In this document: positions 43,239 through 55,934 of the stretch, in pieces | Position numbering within the stretch: the stretch's first letter is position 1 | Layout: the number at the start of each line of letters is the position of its first letter | NCBI RefSeq assembly: GCF_009914755.1 | Contig: NC_060927.1 | Direction: 5' to 3' (one strand) | DNA from: the human T2T-CHM13v2.0 reference genome, Homo sapiens | DNA length: 64,000 nt | Program-made: the position numbers and the translations under genes | Notes under the pieces: generated by a model | What the model saw: the letters and a program-made list of their open reading frames with translations, nothing else | Databases searched by the model: none | Told to the model about the DNA's origin: nothing

Positions 43239-46200
43239 CTAAGTATTTTATTCTAATTGATGCTACTGTCAGTGGAATTATTTTCTTAATTTTTTAATAG
43301 CTTGTGGTTAGTGTATAGAAATGCCAACTGATTTTGGCAACATTCAAAATGAACATTTGAATGTTTTTACTCTGAGGTGATGTAACTGAACATAAGAAAG
43401 ATTAAAACATTTTCCCCAAATCAAGCAACTAGTTGGCATCATCTTTAAGCACATAATGAAAATTACTAATTCCCCAGATAATCATCTATCTGGCCTGTGA
43501 CTAGTGGTTTTCTGGGTGTTTCTATAGTTGTATACACAATTAAGTTTGGATCTACCTGTTCACACACACACATTTGCAGTGACTATGTCTTCCATGTGTG
43601 CATGGCTTGTCTACAGTCACAGTTTATTTGCTTCTTTTATTCTGGTTTGGTTTCTTCTCATTGTGTCTTGTAATATGTGCTCAAGTGCCATGTGAGATAT
43701 CAGTAAAGAAAATGAGTTCCCTTGAAGAATGATTTTAGACAAATTGCTTCAAGGTAACTTGTAGTCAAAGCTTAACCTGTATCTGCAACTTTTGTTTTCC
43801 AACTGCAGAGTTATTTGTGCACGTTTCTATTGTATCTCCTGAAAGTGTGATGATACTAGTTGACATAATCCATACATTTACTTCATCATGAGTGTCATCA
43901 GCTACTCAGCTTTTTTGGGGGGGTCCTTTTTCATGACTGTTTTGTAGCTTAAAAATGGAAAACAGCTGCAATGTATTGATCCTATGTGCCTGGTATTTTG
44001 TGTGCATAATCTCTAATTCTCAAATAACCCTTACACCTAAATATTACTTTTTTCTCAATATATAGCATGAAAAGACAGGCTGAGTAAAAAATACAGCAGA
44101 GTATAGATGCTGTCTCCATTTTTAATAGTTAATAAAGCTCTTTTGAAGACTAAGGGTGAGGGTGGAACAATAAGTAAGGGAGATAAAGTATGATGATACT
44201 GAGCAGGGAATAACTTAAAATTCAAGACTATCATCACTTTTCTTAAACATTCTCCCACCACTGCCACTCTAAGTGAGACCATGAATACCTGTCTACCTTC
44301 TTTGTCTTGGCTCCAAGATAACTGATTTTTTAAAATGCCTTTAAATTTTATCAGAATAATAAAGCATAAATCAATTTAACTAAAGCAACAATTATACAAA
44401 CATATTATAGTTCAAATTATAAGATATCAAATATATCCACATAGAGTGAAAACATAACATCCTACATTAATTGATGAGTAAGTTTTGCCCTTTTTTACTT
44501 TTATTATCGGAGATATAGAGTAATAGTTTCCTTATGTTGTCTATAGCTCTTTATTAACAAATAGATGGCTCCTGTCTGCTACTACTGCAAATAATGTTTT
44601 GTTCAAAAATAATATCTCTCAACAGTTTAAACGTTTATGCTTAAAATCGCTGTAAGTGTTCTAGAGTACAGATTTCTCCACTGGGAGGAATGAGTTAATT
44701 CTCGGTTAATGTGAAGAATTCTAATAGAGCATCATAATTACCTGTGAGGGGTTTATTTCAAAATCATTTAATATACGTGCCAAGAAAAGTGATAATTCAT
44801 TGTGTTGGGAAGATGAATGAGGGCATATATTTCTTCATACGGTAATAAAAATATCCTTGTATTTCCTTTGTTAATATCCCTAGGCTTCTTTCAAAAAATG
44901 ATATGCACACAAAAACATATAAACACAGATTTGTAGAGTAAGCGTGTGTAAATAACCAACACTATAAAGCTTATAGTAGGATTTTTTGCTGGCTTATGAA
45001 GATTTTTAATAAACACCACCAAGTTAGTCAAATAAAGTGATTAAAAATTACCGAGGAAAAAAAATCAGTCAAAAGAAAGATGTTGATTTCAAAACCTAAA
45101 GTCAAATTGTAACAAGAGGCCCATAGAAATAAAGTGCAGATCATGGAGATAATACTACCTTTCAGAACAGAGCAGGTGATCCTGAAAGATCCTGTGAATA
45201 GTAACTGGAGGATAGATAAAACTAATGTCAGAGATAGCCAGGTGTCTTGATAAGAAATCCGAGATCAATAAAATAAGTATGTATTTAAGTAGAAAGCACC
45301 AGAAAAATTGGAAGTTGTTCTGAGAGCAGAATTTTAGGAACCAGACAGAATATCAGTTCTAGAGAAAAATGTTAAGAATAAGCCTGGAGAAGCTCATTAT
45401 GGCATCATATTAAATATCAGAAGCAGAACCTTGACACAGAAGACTAATGTAAATTATATGCAGACCCAAAGTTCAAGTGTTACGGGGAGAAGGAATGGGA
45501 ATATGGGCAAAAGCTTTATGTGACTGAAAAAGCAACTCTTTTAGTTTGGTAACCATTGTGAACCTACTCCTTAGGGTGTAGAGAGGGAAGATAAGGTGAG
45601 ATAGTAAGGCAGAGTATCTGAGGGGCCAGTGCTTCTGGTTTCTGAAGGAGCCAATGATGAAGGAGACATCATTGCAGTGTAAGAGGAGAAAGAAGGCTGG
45701 GAAAACATGTACACTAAAGCTGAGACAGGACATAAGTCAGATTGTGGGGCCAAGAGTTTAGAGTTGACTTGAGGGAGGCAGGAAGCTCTAAAGCAGTTTA
45801 TCACTGTTTCATGGATATTTGGTGTCACTGTGTCTAGCTTAAATGGTCATTGGACATCTCTCAATAAAATGGATAAAGCTCAACTATTCCAGTGCTTTCA
45901 ACTTTCTCCAAGAAGGACGGGTTAAAGTGGCACTGAGACTGTAGGTAGCAGGTAAGTTGTCCCAGGTATAGGTTGAAGGAATGATTAGGGGACCAGGAGG
46001 CCAATGTTAGGGTCAGAGAAAACTATGTATTTGTTCCTCTTTAAGCCATTTAATATTGCAGACATTGTGATGCAAATTTTTATAAGCATGCTTGAAGAGA
46101 AAAATCAAAATCCAGTTTTTTTTTTCTTTCTGAAGATGCTAAATGGGATTTTCACAGTAATGAGGGTGTTCTTCAAAAATGACCTCATGCTTTAAAATCT

Positions 46201-46295
46201 GCTACCAATTGAAGGCTTGATTGATGTAGGGCAACACTATTTAGCAGATTTCTACTTTAAAGAGTCTAGTGTGATTACCATCTTTGACGGTTAAG

Positions 46296-46310
46296 AGGTC
46301 ACAGTGACCT
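46296..46310. promoter_or_regulatory. Perfect consensus oestrogen response element AGGTCAcagTGACCT with adjacent FOXA-type site (46321-46330)
   Basis: Exact AGGTCAnnnTGACCT palindrome; TAAGTCAATA follows after a 10-bp gap. Function is not shown by the sequence. Confidence 0.6.
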
Positions 46311-47094
46311 TGTGTTTCTATAAGTCAATAAAAATTATGATATTTATTTGAAATGATTCATCAAATAAGGCTTTGGTTTTAAAAATAACTCTTGGCAAGC
46401 TAATATTCTTTTGGGAAAAAAGAAGTACATACATCATTGGTGGGCAAAAATACACTTCTGTGTTATAGAATTCCCTTGATAAACCCCCAATTAAACTTTT
46501 GTTCTGGGAACTTAATGATGGAATTTGTTGAAATTGACCCCTTACAAGATGACAAGTAGTACTAAATATCTGTATTATAAAATTTTGTAGTCTTAAGCTT
46601 GTCTCTTTCTTTTATACTAAAGAAAAATATTTCTCATTACACAATAATAATCTCCCACTATGGAAAAATTGAAAAATGCATAAATATAGAAAAAAAGGTT
46701 ACCTTCATTAGTTTTACCATAATTAGCACATTGATTGATATGTTTCCTTTGCACAAGGATGTATAATTTTTTTAAATGTTTCACCCACATATATTATTTT
46801 AACCAGTTTATTTAACCTAACGTTATATCATTAGAATTTCATAACACATTATTTCTAATTACGTTTTTACTTATTCTTAGTAATTATTTATAATGGCTGC
46901 ATGCTATACTATAAAATGACATGCCTTAATTTATTTAACCTATCCTTATTTTTGTGCATGCAGATTATCACCACTTTTTTAACCTTAAAATTAATATTTC
47001 TATAAATAATCTTATACATAAAATATATCTCACATTCAGATATTTTTTAGATTACATTTCTACAAATGGAATTAATATGACAAGAGATTGACCC

Positions 47095-47410
47095 TTTTTT
47101 TTTTTTTTGAGACAGAGTCTCCCTCTGTTGCCCAGGCTAGAGTGCAATGGCTCAACCTCAGCTCAGTGCTACCTCCTGGGTTCAAGTGATTCTCCTGCCT
47201 CAGACTCCCAAGTAGCTGGGATTACAGGCACCGCCACCACACCCAGCTAAGTTTTTTTTTTGTTTTGTTTTGTTTTGTTTTTGTATTTTTAATAGAGATG
47301 GGGTTTCGCTAGGTTACCCAGGCTGATCTCGAACTCCTGACCTCAGATGATCCACCTGCCTCGGCCTCCCAAAGTGCTGGGATTACAGGCTTGAGCCACC
47401 ACACCAGTCC
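47095..47410 (-). mobile_element. AluS (Sx-like), full length
   Basis: Perfect 11-bp TSD gagattgaccc (47084-47094 / 47411-47421); T-tail; (TTTTG)n linker expansion. Confidence 0.95.
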
Positions 47411-47825
47411 GAGATTGACCCAATTTTTAACTCTCCTGATAATAATAATGTCAAACACCATCTTCCAAAAGAATGTTTTACCACTTAATTAATTTTCCTC
47501 CTTTAGAAAATAATTTTTCTCTCTCTTCAAAGGCTGGCCATGGGGCGGGGGTGAGGGATCAGACCTAGAGGACTTCAAATTGGATGGAGATAGTGAAAGG
47601 AGTTTCAAAACAGAGGATGGAGTGAGAAATGCAAGAAAGGAAAGTAAATCCAAGAGAAGACTGAGGTTCAAAAAGTCAAAAAAGAGAATGAAGCAGATTA
47701 TCACTGTGACTATTCTAGAAGACTGAATACAGAGATATGTAGACTGAGAAAACTTACCCAGCAGTTGAATCAATGCTGAGAAGAATTAATATAAGTCATA
47801 GGCAATCTCCTAGAGGTAAAGAGCC

Positions 47826-48285
47826 ACAACTTCTTATCCAAAACTCCTGGGGGCAGGTATGCTGACGTTCACGTTTTGGATTTTTTTTTAGATTAACATC
47901 TTCTAGTAATATAATTCATAACACCCCAACAGGGTTTGGGGTAGTACAAGTAATAAACTATTAATATTTGTTTTCCTAATCATTTGTCCCTGGATGGGAC
48001 ACCTTAAGATTAATGTCAGTAATGATGAGATTTTTGCCACCAAATGAGTTTACTGCAAACTTACGAAAAATGGCTTTGCTTTACAGAGTATTTATTATTA
48101 TTATTATTATTGTTATTATTATTATTATTTTAGAGATGGTATCTCTCTATCTTATTCAGGCTGAACTCGAGCTCCTAGGCTCAACTGATCCTCCCGAATA
48201 GCTGAGACTGCAGGCTCACATCACCATGCCCAGCTACAAAATATTTTTGAATGTAGGAAATACACATAAGATATTGTGAATATAT
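47826..48285. mobile_element. MER46C-like (Tigger) DNA transposon interrupted by an Alu monomer
   Basis: cttatccaaaactcctgggggcag...taacaccccaacagggtttgggg...tttttgccaccaaatgagtt...aaacttacgaaaaa resembles MER46C as remembered. Confidence 0.65.
48090..48236 (-). mobile_element. Alu monomer (FAM/FLAM-like) with (TTA)n tail
   Basis: (tta)n then tagagatggtatctctc...caggctg...ctcctaggctcaactgatcctcccgaatagctgagactgcagg...ccatgcccagct. Confidence 0.75.
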
Positions 48286-48371
48286 ACTGCTATTGGTAGT
48301 TTGCTTTTAGATCTGTGGTACATGGGCAGATGAATTGCACTAAAGAGCCAGAAAAAAAATTTCAGCCTTTT

Positions 48372-48374
<3 letters not shown>

Positions 48375-48408
<34 letters not shown>
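48375..48408. repeat. (AT)17 microsatellite
   Basis: Read directly. Confidence 0.95.
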
Positions 48409-48411
<3 letters not shown>

Positions 48412-49539
48412 AGTGAAGGTTTTATTTCTGTTATCCTTTGTTTATTTTACAAATATCTTTTCAAGAGTTGCAAAAATTATGTATTTTAAATGTGTTTTTT
48501 TGAAAGAAGTGAAATATTTTTCTTTCTTTGAATTTTTCTGTCCAATGTTATATTAAACACAAGTAGAACTCTTACCCTCTGACACTCAGGAATATTCTGT
48601 TTGAAAAATCTCCAGGTGGAAATTAGATTTTTTTAAGCAAATATTTTGATTAAATATTTGGAAGACATAAACTATGATATTACCCTCAGATTTATTCATT
48701 TTCTTGAGAGTTACTGCTTCTCTTTCCCTTTTAAATACATCCTTGTTCTGGAAATCATAAAAAAATAAAATGTGGCATTGGATATATATATACCTGAAAA
48801 AGTGATTCATTGAAAAAAAGAAGTTTGGTTTCCTTTCTACTTGGTAATTTGTAATGTGGAAATATTATTTTCTCTTTGTACATACAATTTTATCTTTCTT
48901 AGAATTGCAAAAGTCATTATTATCATATAAGAATAAGGGACAATACATTTCTAAGCCTGGTAGAGTTAATTTATTTCCTATGTCTCTGCTGTTCAAATAG
49001 TTCTCTATCAACATTATTCTGAAATGCTACGTAGATGATTCATATATCTTCCCTTAGTATCACCTTCTTATATTTTATTATCCATATTCAGAGAATTTTT
49101 TTCAATTTCTAACCTAGCTCATTCTTTCTATAATTTAAATTCATTATTCTAACCCTATCTTCAGTTGAAACAGAGTAGGTGATTATCATCAAATTATATT
49201 TCTTCTTATATTTGAAGATTGCATTAGTTTTCAACTTTTATTTCTCTACAGTAAAAAGCATTTCTTAAAAAAATTATGCATTGCAAATTAGTTTCATGCT
49301 CTTTGTAGCTGGGTCAAAAGCAAAACACGCAACTCTAACAAAGGGGTACCAACTGATAAAAATTTTGACAACTTATCATTCAGTCAACTAATATTTATAT
49401 AGCGCTAATTGGGTGGTAAGGCAGTAGGGTAATGGACAAAAAAGGATTGAATTAAATGACATGAGTAGATTGGACAGGAGCCTGTCTCTGAGGGGCTTAT
49501 AGTCTATAGAGGAGATAATACGGATAAACAAAGGGATTT

Positions 49540-49750
49540 AAATTCAGTCAGGCAAACCTGGCTTTGAATCTTAGCTCTGTCTGTCATCTGTATTAGGACT
49601 TTAGGCACTTGACTAAAGCCCTCCGTGCCTAGTTTCTGAGGGATAATTGTGGCCATCTGGTAGGATAGTTGTGAAGATTAAATTAAATGCTGCATTCCAT
49701 GTACCTAAATCAGTTCTGGACCTCAGTAATAGGTGTAAGTTATAATGGTA
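49540..49750 (+). mobile_element. MIR
   Basis: cagtcaggcaaacctggctttgaatcttagctctg...ggatagttgtgaagattaaattaaat. Confidence 0.6.
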
Positions 49751-49764
49751 ACCATCCATTTAAA

Positions 49765-50290
49765 TAAACACTGAGTACCCATTAGATGTCAGGTATTCAG
49801 GTGGGACTAAAAAATGTACTATATGCATGAGATCATGTCCCTGTCCTCAGAGAGCTTATAGTCTTCTGGGAATGAGAATTATGCAACACACCATAGTGTG
49901 CTAAGTACATGATAAAGGCAAGACAGTGTGCAATAGATGCACATAAAAGGGACACATAACACCACCTTGAAGGGTCAAGGTTAGTTATCTCAATGGACTG
50001 AGATCCAAAAAAAAATAATTTGGGATTAACTAAGCAAAGAAGGCAGGTAAAGAGTGTTCAGCACAGAGTGAAAAATACATACCATGGGGGGAGGTGCAAG
50101 AGCAAATGATTGCTGTGAACGAAAACATTACGTTTGGCTGGAGCATGAGTTTAATAAAGGGAGTGACATAACGGAGAATGTTGAGATAGACAGGGTCCTC
50201 GCTACAAAAGGGAATGCCAGCCATGTAAAGAGGTTTGGACTTCATGGAAAAGTCAATGGACAGTTATTGAAGTGTTTTTGCAGAAGGAAA
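49765..50290 (-). mobile_element. L2 fragment
   Basis: actgagtacccattagatgtcagg...gtccctgtcctcagagagcttatagtc...gccatgtaaagaggtttggactt. Confidence 0.6.
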
Positions 50291-51864
50291 CAGAGGGAAG
50301 ATGTTGAGTAAATATGTATATAGGTGTGGTGACACAAGTTGAGCATGATCCTGTCTCATATCTTACCCTTTTGCTTGGCAGTAAATCACTTAAGATGGGG
50401 CAGAAAGGGGGCAAGGAATTATGGGGCAGGTAGATTTCCACAGAGTGGATAATTTTAAAAAATAAATTCAGTGGGGTTTTAATTGACTATGGGATTGTAG
50501 AAGGATTTCAAAATATCATGGAGGATAAAGGAGTCCGTAAACATGTAATATGGTAGATATGGATGTACACCAGATTTCTTTTCAAGGAGGGAATCACTAC
50601 AAAGCTATGGAGAGTGTGTTCAGCACATGGCTTCCTGTTGTTAGCTCAGTCAAAGTCTGCTTTAGGTACAGAAAGTCACTTCCCTAATAACTATCTTTCT
50701 TCTCCTTGCTTCTGGAGAACCCATGCTACAAAATGTGTTATCAACCTGAGAATGTTCATAGCTCCTTTTTTTTTCAGCAGTTCCCAACAGGTCAAGTTTA
50801 GATGCCAGTTATGGGGACCACTGTTGCAGTCTAGGGTGGAGGTCTGTCAGCCAGGTGAAGTAGAAATACAAACTGAAGCAAGAGATAAATTCAAGTCATG
50901 AATATGTAGTCTACATGGTCATAGAGAAGGTGAAGACAGGAGTTTTCAAATAGAGAGAGTAGAGGGTCAAATGATTCCATGAACTATAAGTAAAGGCATC
51001 AGTAGCAAAGCTTGACTGGGATATCCAATATGAACTTTGCTAAAAAGTTGTAAATATATATTACAATGTAGAAATCTACATATTTCATAAGAAAGTACAG
51101 CAAAGCTGCCATAGTGTTTAGAGGATATCAGTTTAGATTGGGTAGAAGGCATACTTATACAGATTGATCTGAGACTACAATGTTGAGGGTATTTATTCTA
51201 GTTTCTTTCTTCTCTGGATTCTCAGAGCCTTACCAAACAAACTAATTTTGAGCTAAATGTTTAATGGCTTAATGTGTTCTGCTTTCAGATAATGTTTATT
51301 ATGTAACAGGGGACTTCACCTTTTTATTCAAATGATCAAGGTATTTTAAGCGCTGGCAGAGTGGATGAAGATGTAATTTGGAAGGCCAGCAGAATCTTCA
51401 GCATCTCTCACAGAACATTTATATGTCACAGTTTTCTCTGAAGATGTAAAAGTATAGCATCAATGAAAAACACCATAGGTGTTTGCATTCTTGTCTTCAG
51501 GATTAGTTTAGGAGTTCCAGAAGTCTTATTCTTTCTTAAACTACCCTCGACCTCATGCCCAGCACAATCGATGACACATTTTAAGCTCTCAGTACATGTT
51601 TGAAAAATAATATTTTGTAGCTGTGGCAATGTATTTAGTTTAGTACGATTCTTGTCCTCATTGAATAAATTTAACCATTTTTCATTTGTGCATCTAAGTC
51701 TGAGAACTTTTCTAAAGTGAATTAAACAAGATTAACAAATGCCATTGTTAAATTTAAGATGCTTTAGATTAATTTCGTTTATAATTATGTGGAACCTTTG
51801 AAACAATTATGTTTTATTTTCAAATGTGCTTTTGCTCATCTATAGACGTACTCCCCTGACTTTA

Positions 51865-52075
51865 AACATTTACTGAGATCTTACTATGTATGTTACTATA
51901 TATATTATCTTAATCCTCTCAACAACCTTATGAAGTAGTAACATTATCTTAATTTTACAAATGAGAAAACGTAGTTACAAGTCTGTGAAGTAATTTGCTT
52001 GAAGCTCCTAAAGAGCAGGACTCAGATTTAAACCCATGAATCTGCATCTACAGCCCATCCTATTCCCAACCGTCC
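51865..52075 (-). mobile_element. MIR
   Basis: aacatttactgag...taatcctctcaacaaccttatgaagtag...ttttacaaatgagaaaac. Confidence 0.7.
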
Positions 52076-55000
52076 TCTATTACTGCACTTTTTTTTTAAA
52101 AACATAGTTTACATGATTTCTCCTAGATTTATTGAACTGCATCCTATGTCAGGTAACATTTGCAGTTCTGTCTCATTCAGTATTTTGTAGAGACAAATTG
52201 GTTCTATGCCTGAGTCTTCATTTCATTCTATAAGGATGATAAATCTTCCATTAATATTTGATTCTTACATGATTTTGGCTATTTGAAATGTATTTTAACT
52301 TGTCAAACTCTATTTGAAGAGGGATATGAATACCTGTCATTAGTATATCTTTTCATTTATGCTGTAGGATATTTTTGTACTTTCTGTCACATCGTAGCTT
52401 TTAAAATAATGCATGATCATGTAGATATTGAAAAGTGTTTGTTTTAAAATATATATTTAAATTGGATAATTTTATTCTTCCTTCTAGGGGAAATAATATT
52501 GGCCTTGGAGCATGTGGTATTTGACTGCAAAATTCTGATGCTTGACATCACCACAATATATTATTTGACTTTGGGCAAGGTACTTGCTTCAACCTCTTCA
52601 TTCACAAATCGTAATACTTGCCATGAAGGTTTACGACAAGAACTGAATAATTATGCACATGTTCATACACACACTCACACACTCATATGCATAGTATCTA
52701 ATAGTGTCCATCTTGCAGTTCGTTCGCAATATATTTCCCCACGTTTTAGTGCACCTAAATATTCAGCTTTGTTAATTCATGCAAAGATAAATTGCAGTGA
52801 TATATGCTAGGCAAAGTAATGACTATTCCCTTTGATTCTGAAAACCAATTCTGTCCTCTGAAAAATTTTAAATTGAGATGCTTTGTGTCACTTCTGAAAA
52901 GAGGCTAGTGCAAAACTGCTAACTCTCCTCTATACCAACTATCAGCAGTTGACAAAAACAGAACGACTTGTTTGGCATCTCAATATAATTTAAATATTGA
53001 AAGTGCCAGTAATCTAATTGTCAATGTTAGCCAAAAAAAAAAAAAAAAAGACAATGAAACTACCATCACATTTAAAAGTCACCTTTGTAGAGAAGCTAGC
53101 ATAGAATAAGACAGGCACTTTTAAAATGGGTAAATACACTTTATGGAAAATAATTCATTGAATCCTAAAATCACTGTAAACAAAACATTGTCTGGCACAT
53201 GGAAGGCACTCCGCAAAGATTTGGGGAATAAATGTATTCTCAAGTTTCTTTTTTCTTTAATGATGTGGAAGCTGCAGAAATGGTTACCTCCTTACGCAAT
53301 GACATATCATCAGTAAATAATGGACCTAGGATTTGAATACAGTATATTTAACCTCAAAGCTAGTGTTCCCTCTACTTCACTATGCTGGCTTGCTGTATGC
53401 AATACATTATTGTAGAAACAATATTGATGTTTTTCTATCTTCATGAAAAATTGAATGAAAGGAAGTTATTTTAAATTTCCATTAGAAGAAATTGAGTAAA
53501 ATCGTGAATGAGGACTTTTTAAAAGAACTTAAAATAATTTAAAAGAATAATAAAAATATTCTATGTTGGGGCTATTTTTTAAAGATTATTCTGTTTCATT
53601 TCCTCTTGAGTTACTAAAGATGGCTATAAAACACTGTCCTTGAATGATGTAAATCAAGAATCAGTCAGCATGCTGCAATATTATAAGTTAGAATTAATTC
53701 TAAATTCCGGCTTCATGGAATTTTAAAGTGTGCAGAGTTAAAATGGAGAAATACAAAAAGCCATTGGGCACGTTTCGGTTAATTACTTCATTCTCATAAT
53801 TTAAATATATCAGCTTTAGAAAGTCTCCATTTTAAGATTGATTGGAAAACAGGAATTGATTATTGTAGAAAAAGCCCATTCATCAGTGGTTATTCTGAAA
53901 AATATATGAGTTAAGTTGAGTTTTGTGTTTATTTTTTCTTCTGATTACAAAAGTAATACAGTCTAAAGTGTAAAACACTTTATATTGAGAAAATATACAG
54001 AAAGAGCGAAACTTTCTTATGATTGCGCAATCCAGAGATGGCCACTTTTAGCACCTTTGAATATTTCCTATGTTTATTCTCACTGAATTTATCCCCCACA
54101 TGCAGGATCATGCTATATACAGAATTTTGTGTGTTACTTATCTCCGTCACTTTTTTCCTTCATATTTTTGGGCAGCCCTTCAGGTTTATTCTCTAAATCC
54201 CTGATTTTATTTTCCTCCTGTGCCAGTTCTTGTGTTTAATGCCTCCAATGTTGATTTTGATTTTGCCATTGTGTTTTCAGATTTCTTTTAATTTTTACTC
54301 ATTTAGACAACCATTGTTTGAATCTCAGCCTGTTGCTTCTTCATCTCATACAAGATTACGGCATTTCAAAGAGACTTTGGAATCCTGTATGTTTTCAATA
54401 CAAGTTTCAAAATTCTCCTTTACTTCCTGGTAACAAGTCTTTTTTCTTTTTTTAATCAAAAACATTCCATTTCTTTATTCACCACCATGTTCCTCTTTCC
54501 TTGATTTGATGTATTGCTTTTTCACACTTACAAATTTTAAATATTTAATTTCATCCCTGGATAGAGAAGGATTTGGGAGGGGCTGTCCTAGCTCTTGCTA
54601 ATAGGCAGGGTAATTTTCCTTAGTCCCCTTATTCTTCATTTAGGTGGTGACAAAATTTCCCTAGTGAATACCGTGTTTTGATGACTCACATGGATCAATG
54701 TTCAGTCACCTCCTCTAGATCTTTTATCTGCAGTGCCCATTGGCTTGGTATCACTTCCTTTAGCTCTCTGAATTTTTAATTTTGTAAGTTGCTCTTCTTC
54801 TTCCAATTAGATTTAGACAAATTTCTATTTCCCAGTGACCTACATGGCAGTAGCACTCAATAAACCTAAACCCACAAACATATATCTGTGTTAAGGACGT
54901 TGAACAGATTGCCTTCAGAATTAACAGAATTGGTTTTCTATATTTCTATTGGCTTGACGAGCAATGGATGAAACTTATCGGAAAGAAAATGTATTTTTTT

Positions 55001-55920
55001 TCTTCTTTCATTTGACCTTTCTTAAGCCTAGATTTATGAATTTGGGCTTAAAGATAAAGCTGTTTAGAAGTAGTGCTGAACCAGGGACTTACTTTGTTCT
55101 TGGCTGATTTGCTGATTGCCTAAGCATTCAATTTTGTATTACTGTCTTGATACTTCTGTGTATTTTTTTTTACCTGAATTATTGCTATTGCAAAACTAAA
55201 TGCTTTCTACTAATTTTACACAAAATTATTACTTTGGCAATAAGGATTTACTGTTCCTTATAATAATTGAACTATTTAAAGTTTTTAATAAAAGATATTC
55301 TAAAACAAGTCTTCCTACCACTTCAAATAATTCAGAAGTTGTTTGAAATGTACTCTCTCTTTTGACAAATATTAATAAACCTCTTCTTTATCATTTCAGA
55401 CATATAGCTAGAATCAAGTACTGACTGACTCCTGTGGATGTGGAAATTGTTTTCCATGTTTTTGTAGCACACAAATTAGATTAATGTAATTCTCAGTTTC
55501 CACCTTTGTCAGAATTCTCACTGTAGAAAATGTGACACATACTGTATTTGGTAATAAGTAAGATTCGTGATTCTTACAGAATAGTAAAAAATCTCATCAG
55601 CTGAAGTCTCCCTATTGGCCTATTATTGTAAATTTTCTTGAATTTTAAATTTGGCTCATGTGTGTCTGTTGACTCTTACATAACCTTCTTCATACAAAAT
55701 AAATTCAATTCCATCAAAATTTATTTTAGGTAACTACTAGATCACAAAGTGAGTCTCTGGTCTACCCAGAAAAAAGAGAAGGACTGTGGAAAACAATGGA
55801 AAATGATTTGAAATAAGCATCAAATATGTACAGTGCTCCCATTTGCACAGCTTTTATAGAAAAATGAGTAAATATCAGTATTGTGCTTATTTGAGTTTTA
55901 CAGTCTGAGTTTTCCCCTGT

Positions 55921-55934
55921 CTGCCCTCTGGTGG
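55921..55934 (-). promoter_or_regulatory. Candidate CTCF site
   Basis: Minus strand CCACCAGAGGGCAG matches all 14 positions of the CCASYAGRKGGCRS core. Confidence 0.55.
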
